A DNA stretch of 64,000 nucleotides from Selaginella moellendorffii (Eukaryota > Plantae > Lycopodiophyta). Shown here piece by piece: positions 60,695 to 64,000 of the stretch (positions are counted from its first letter, which is position 1; each line of letters opens with the position of its first letter). Position numbers and translations under genes: made by a program. The DNA is taken from assembly GCF_000143415.4 (NCBI RefSeq), contig NW_003314315.1:1177514-1241513 (forward strand), read 5' to 3'. The notes below the pieces were generated by a model. The model was not told the DNA's origin. It was given only the letters and a program-made list of their open reading frames with translations, and did no database searches.

Positions 60695-60929
60695 CTCTAG
60701 ATCTTGCCCTAAATCCGAGATGAGAACGTTAACTCCGGACCGTCCAATTATCAGTGACGCCAGCCGTTGGATAAACTAAAATATCGCTGGCATCAAGTTT
60801 GTAATATAACGATTTCTATGGGTATCTCTTACAGGTAGCAAAACGGTGAGAGTGTTCATCCACACACGCAAAAGCGATGTTTCCAGATTATGCTTTTGAA
60901 ACTTTCCAACTTCCAGTCATATTGACTTG

Positions 60930-62786
60930 TCAAAGTTGCTGCCTGTATAAGCTGGCCAGCTGGACATAAGCCGACGAAGAAGATGCTCCAGCTGCCGCGA
61001 GAGATGCCGTGAGGGAATCGCCGTGGATTCCACAAGATCCCAGCAATGCCCCCCAGCCATCCGCTCTAGCACCAACTGGAATGCTTTCGATCAACTCCCT
61101 GGCCTCCGGCACTCCTCCCGATCGCCCTAGAACATCCAGCATACTCACGAAGAGCTCTGGGCTCGCGGTGATGCCATAGTCGCGATCGATAGATGCGAAG
61201 CAGCTGCGCGCCTGATCGATCATCCCTGCGTGGCTGCACGCCAGGAAATTGATGCCCAGAGCGACGAGATCGGGCTGGAATCCCTCTTGCCCCATTCTCT
61301 GGAACAAGTTCACGGCTTCTCCGTGCTGACCACCAGAGGCAAGAGCAGCCATCATGGCCGTCCACGTGTACGTATTCCAGTTCTCCCGGGCTGCGATCGT
61401 GCGGCCGGCGAAGACGCTCCAGGCGTCGGCCACGTGTCCACATCTGCCGTACAGTGTGATGAGCGCCGTGGCCAGTTTGACGGGCGAGTGGACCGCCACG
61501 GAAATGGCCACTGCGTGCTCGTGAATGGTACGGCCTTCGTCCAGGGCTAGCAGGCGAGCACAGGCGTCGAGAGCTATGAGAAGAGAGATGGAATTGGGCG
61601 AGATACCCTCCAAATCCATTTGCTTGAAAAGATCAAGGGCTCTTCTTTCTTTGCGATTGCTCAAAAACGCTGCCATCAGCGCGTTCCAAGACACCACATT
61701 GTTGATGCCGCGGTCGTGGTCGCCATCAAAGAACAAGAGCTCTGCAGTTTCTAGGCTGCCACATTCGCCACATTTGGCAATCAGCGCGTTCCGGAGCTTG
61801 AATCCCCTCTTCTGGAGGCCTTGGTTATCATCCAGTGCAGTGTGGCGGAGCTGATCGAAGCTAGAGCAAGCTTCTGTAACACTGATCAGCGTGATCTCGT
61901 CCGGTGGAATCCCTGCGAGATCCATGCTAGCAAACAGCCTCACCGCCTCGGATTTGAGCTGTGATTGGCGGCTAAACGCCGAGATGATGGAATTCCAGGT
62001 CCCAATTGTGGCAATCCCTGTAGCGCAGCAGCGATAAAAAATCCTCCTCGCCTCGGACAAGCACCCACATTTGCTGTACATGGCGATGAGCGCATTGTCA
62101 ATGTGGCCGTCTCTTCGATTGATGGTGGCGTTGTCAAGCAGCCTGTGAATCGCTCGCCCTTTCGCTAAATTCCCTTCATCTCCACAAGCGCCAAGAACAC
62201 TCACGAACGCGATCCCATCAGCCTTGATTCCTTCCAAGCATGCAATTTGAAAGACCAGCAATGCCTCCCTTGGCTCGTTACACTGGCCGTGGGCTGTGAT
62301 CATGGCCGTCCATGTCACGAGCCCTCGAGAAACGGACGGCATCGACTCGAACACATCCCTGGCGTTTCCCATGGCACCACATCTCGCAAACATGGTGATG
62401 GCCGCGTTAGATACCTTGAAAGATTCGCAACCAGATTCTTTGACCAACCTATAGGCTTGGACTCCCTGCGCCAAGCCTGCCAGCTTCCCACACGCATCCA
62501 GCGCGCATATCCACGTCACCTCCGTGGCACGAATGCCTTCCTGCCACATGGCACGGAGCAGAGTGAGGGCCTCCCTGGCATGCCCGTTCTGCGAGTATGC
62601 CGCCAGCATGGCGTTCCACGTCACCACATTCTTCGCGGGCATCCGGTCAAACATCTCTTTGGTCTCTTGCAAATGCCCATTGCGGGCATATGCCGCGAGC
62701 ATGATGTTCCACGAGAAGGAATTCCTCTCGTGGATAGCCTCAAACGCTGCATGGGCGTCCTCCACGCATCCACACTCCCCATACAT
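60930..62786 (-). CDS. PLS-class PPR protein with truncated E domain; frame stays open upstream to ~62960
   Basis: 618-aa intronless ORF of PPR motifs ending FLACSHAG...MLDVLGRSG...WGALLGSCGIHGD. Confidence 0.9.
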   Translation of the reverse strand: MYGECGCVEDAHAAFEAIHERNSFSWNIMLAAYARNGHLQETKEMFDRMPAKNVVTWNAMLAAYSQNGHAREALTLLRAMWQEGIRATEVTWICALDACGKLAGLAQGVQAYRLVKESGCESFKVSNAAITMFARCGAMGNARDVFESMPSVSRGLVTWTAMITAHGQCNEPREALLVFQIACLEGIKADGIAFVSVLGACGDEGNLAKGRAIHRLLDNATINRRDGHIDNALIAMYSKCGCLSEARRIFYRCCATGIATIGTWNSIISAFSRQSQLKSEAVRLFASMDLAGIPPDEITLISVTEACSSFDQLRHTALDDNQGLQKRGFKLRNALIAKCGECGSLETAELLFFDGDHDRGINNVVSWNALMAAFLSNRKERRALDLFKQMDLEGISPNSISLLIALDACARLLALDEGRTIHEHAVAISVAVHSPVKLATALITLYGRCGHVADAWSVFAGRTIAARENWNTYTWTAMMAALASGGQHGEAVNLFQRMGQEGFQPDLVALGINFLACSHAGMIDQARSCFASIDRDYGITASPELFVSMLDVLGRSGGVPEARELIESIPVGARADGWGALLGSCGIHGDSLTASLAAAGASSSSAYVQLASLYRQQL

Positions 62787-64000
62787 CTGGACGAGAAGAT
62801 TCCCTAGATACCTGTCGCCGCCATAGCCAGAGGTGTGGAGCTGGGCGTGGATCTCCCTGCCACGTTCGATCTCCCGCCGCCGCCCACATCCCCGCAGCTC
62901 GCTCGCAAACCAGTCCTGGACTGCCGCCAGTTCTATTACAGGAAGCTTGATGCTGAGCCACAGCTAACTAGAATGTGTAGATTTGAACTTTCAAGATTTC
63001 ATAATTCCAAATGGAACTGCAATGGAATTGCCCAATTGATGTGCGTACGGATCAGGTGGTGCGGGAGGCTCTTGCACGGATCTTATCGTCGAAAACCACG
63101 GCAATGTTCAACGCACTGGTGACTATGTGAAGCAAGTGTGGCGACCTCGTACGGGCGCCATGGTAGAAGCGTATGCTCAGTTTGGGCATATGCCCAGTGC
63201 TTTGGAAGCTCTTGAGGGAAATTGGAGCTTCTCCGACCACTGTGACTTTCACAAGTTCTCTAGTGGGTTATAGCTGGAAAGGATTCTTTGAAGGATCATG
63301 CCCCCTCTCTTACGTGGTCTACCTAAAATGTTTTATGATTAACTCTAAATTAGGAACGTTAAATATTATTAACAGATATATTAATGACTATAATTTTATA
63401 ATTAGCCAGTGACTGAACGGCTATAATTTATAAGTATATAACTTACATTTGGGTTTATGTTTTTCCTCTTTGTGTTTCTTATCTTATTCATTTTCTTTAG
63501 TATTATGGTTAGATTGGAATATAAAAATCATACTTAAGACAATATTCTTTCCTTTTCCTAATCTTATTGAGAGAACAAATAATAAAGTAAATTCTTTTAC
63601 TTTTTGTATTATGATTTGTCTTCTTCTAGAAGAGAGAGAATGTGAAAGATGTCATTGACCAATGAGATCTCAATCTGATAATCAAAGTTGTAAAGAAGGT
63701 TTGAAGTGGAATTGTAAAAATTGCAATACCACAAGATTTTTTAAAACTAATATTTTTTGTGTAAATAATAATCTCACATTTGCTCAAATGTTTAAAGTGA
63801 TGTATTGTTAGTGCATTAAAATGCCATAAGTTAAAACTTAGATTGAGTGTAATATTAAAAAATAGCACATGACAACTTTTGTCATGATAATTTTGAGGTA
63901 ATTTAAGTATAACTTTGATATAATCGATTAAAATGGTAGAAGTTAATTTCCTTAGACTTTTATTATGATAAGAAAGAAGTTTAAAATATCCCTCGAGGGA

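Noticed and set aside
63300-64000. AT-rich tail as a defined transposon
   Set aside because: No termini, TSD or coding remnant visible inside the window.

Overview
Eukaryotic land-plant genomic DNA. Features include GT-AG introns of about 45-90 nt, TTTAGGG telomere-type repeats, several intronless PLS-class PPR genes and very tight gene spacing; this pattern suggests the lycophyte Selaginella, which is an inference. The window has three zones. (1) 1-12092 is the right-hand part of an unclassified mobile-element-like island. It carries a large spliced gene (~1,600 aa: ParB/Srx-like domain, degenerate DNA amino-methyltransferase-like fold, acidic tract, FCP1/NIF HAD phosphatase domain) and ~20 copies of a 22-bp palindrome ATGGCRTG-N6-CAYGCCAT, several just inside intron 3' ends. 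Its last 2.1 kb is duplicated head to tail, and a young 5S-rRNA-bearing Cassandra-type TRIM sits in the second copy. (2) 12.1-29 kb is mostly decayed transposons and pseudogenes: a Ty3/gypsy remnant, two satellite-containing solo LTRs with TSDs, a hAT element with 8-bp TSD inside a PPR pseudogene, copia remnants, NIF and Orn/Lys/Arg decarboxylase pseudogenes, plus one intact PPR gene. (3) 29-63 kb is gene dense: glycyl-tRNA synthetase, SRT1 sirtuin, ELM1, ABCF, two pectin methylesterases, LAG1 ceramide synthase, SUV3 helicase, three F-box paralogues interleaved with PPR and CYP51 debris, CYP51 and a PPR gene. All calls are by-eye motif recognition; no searches were run.
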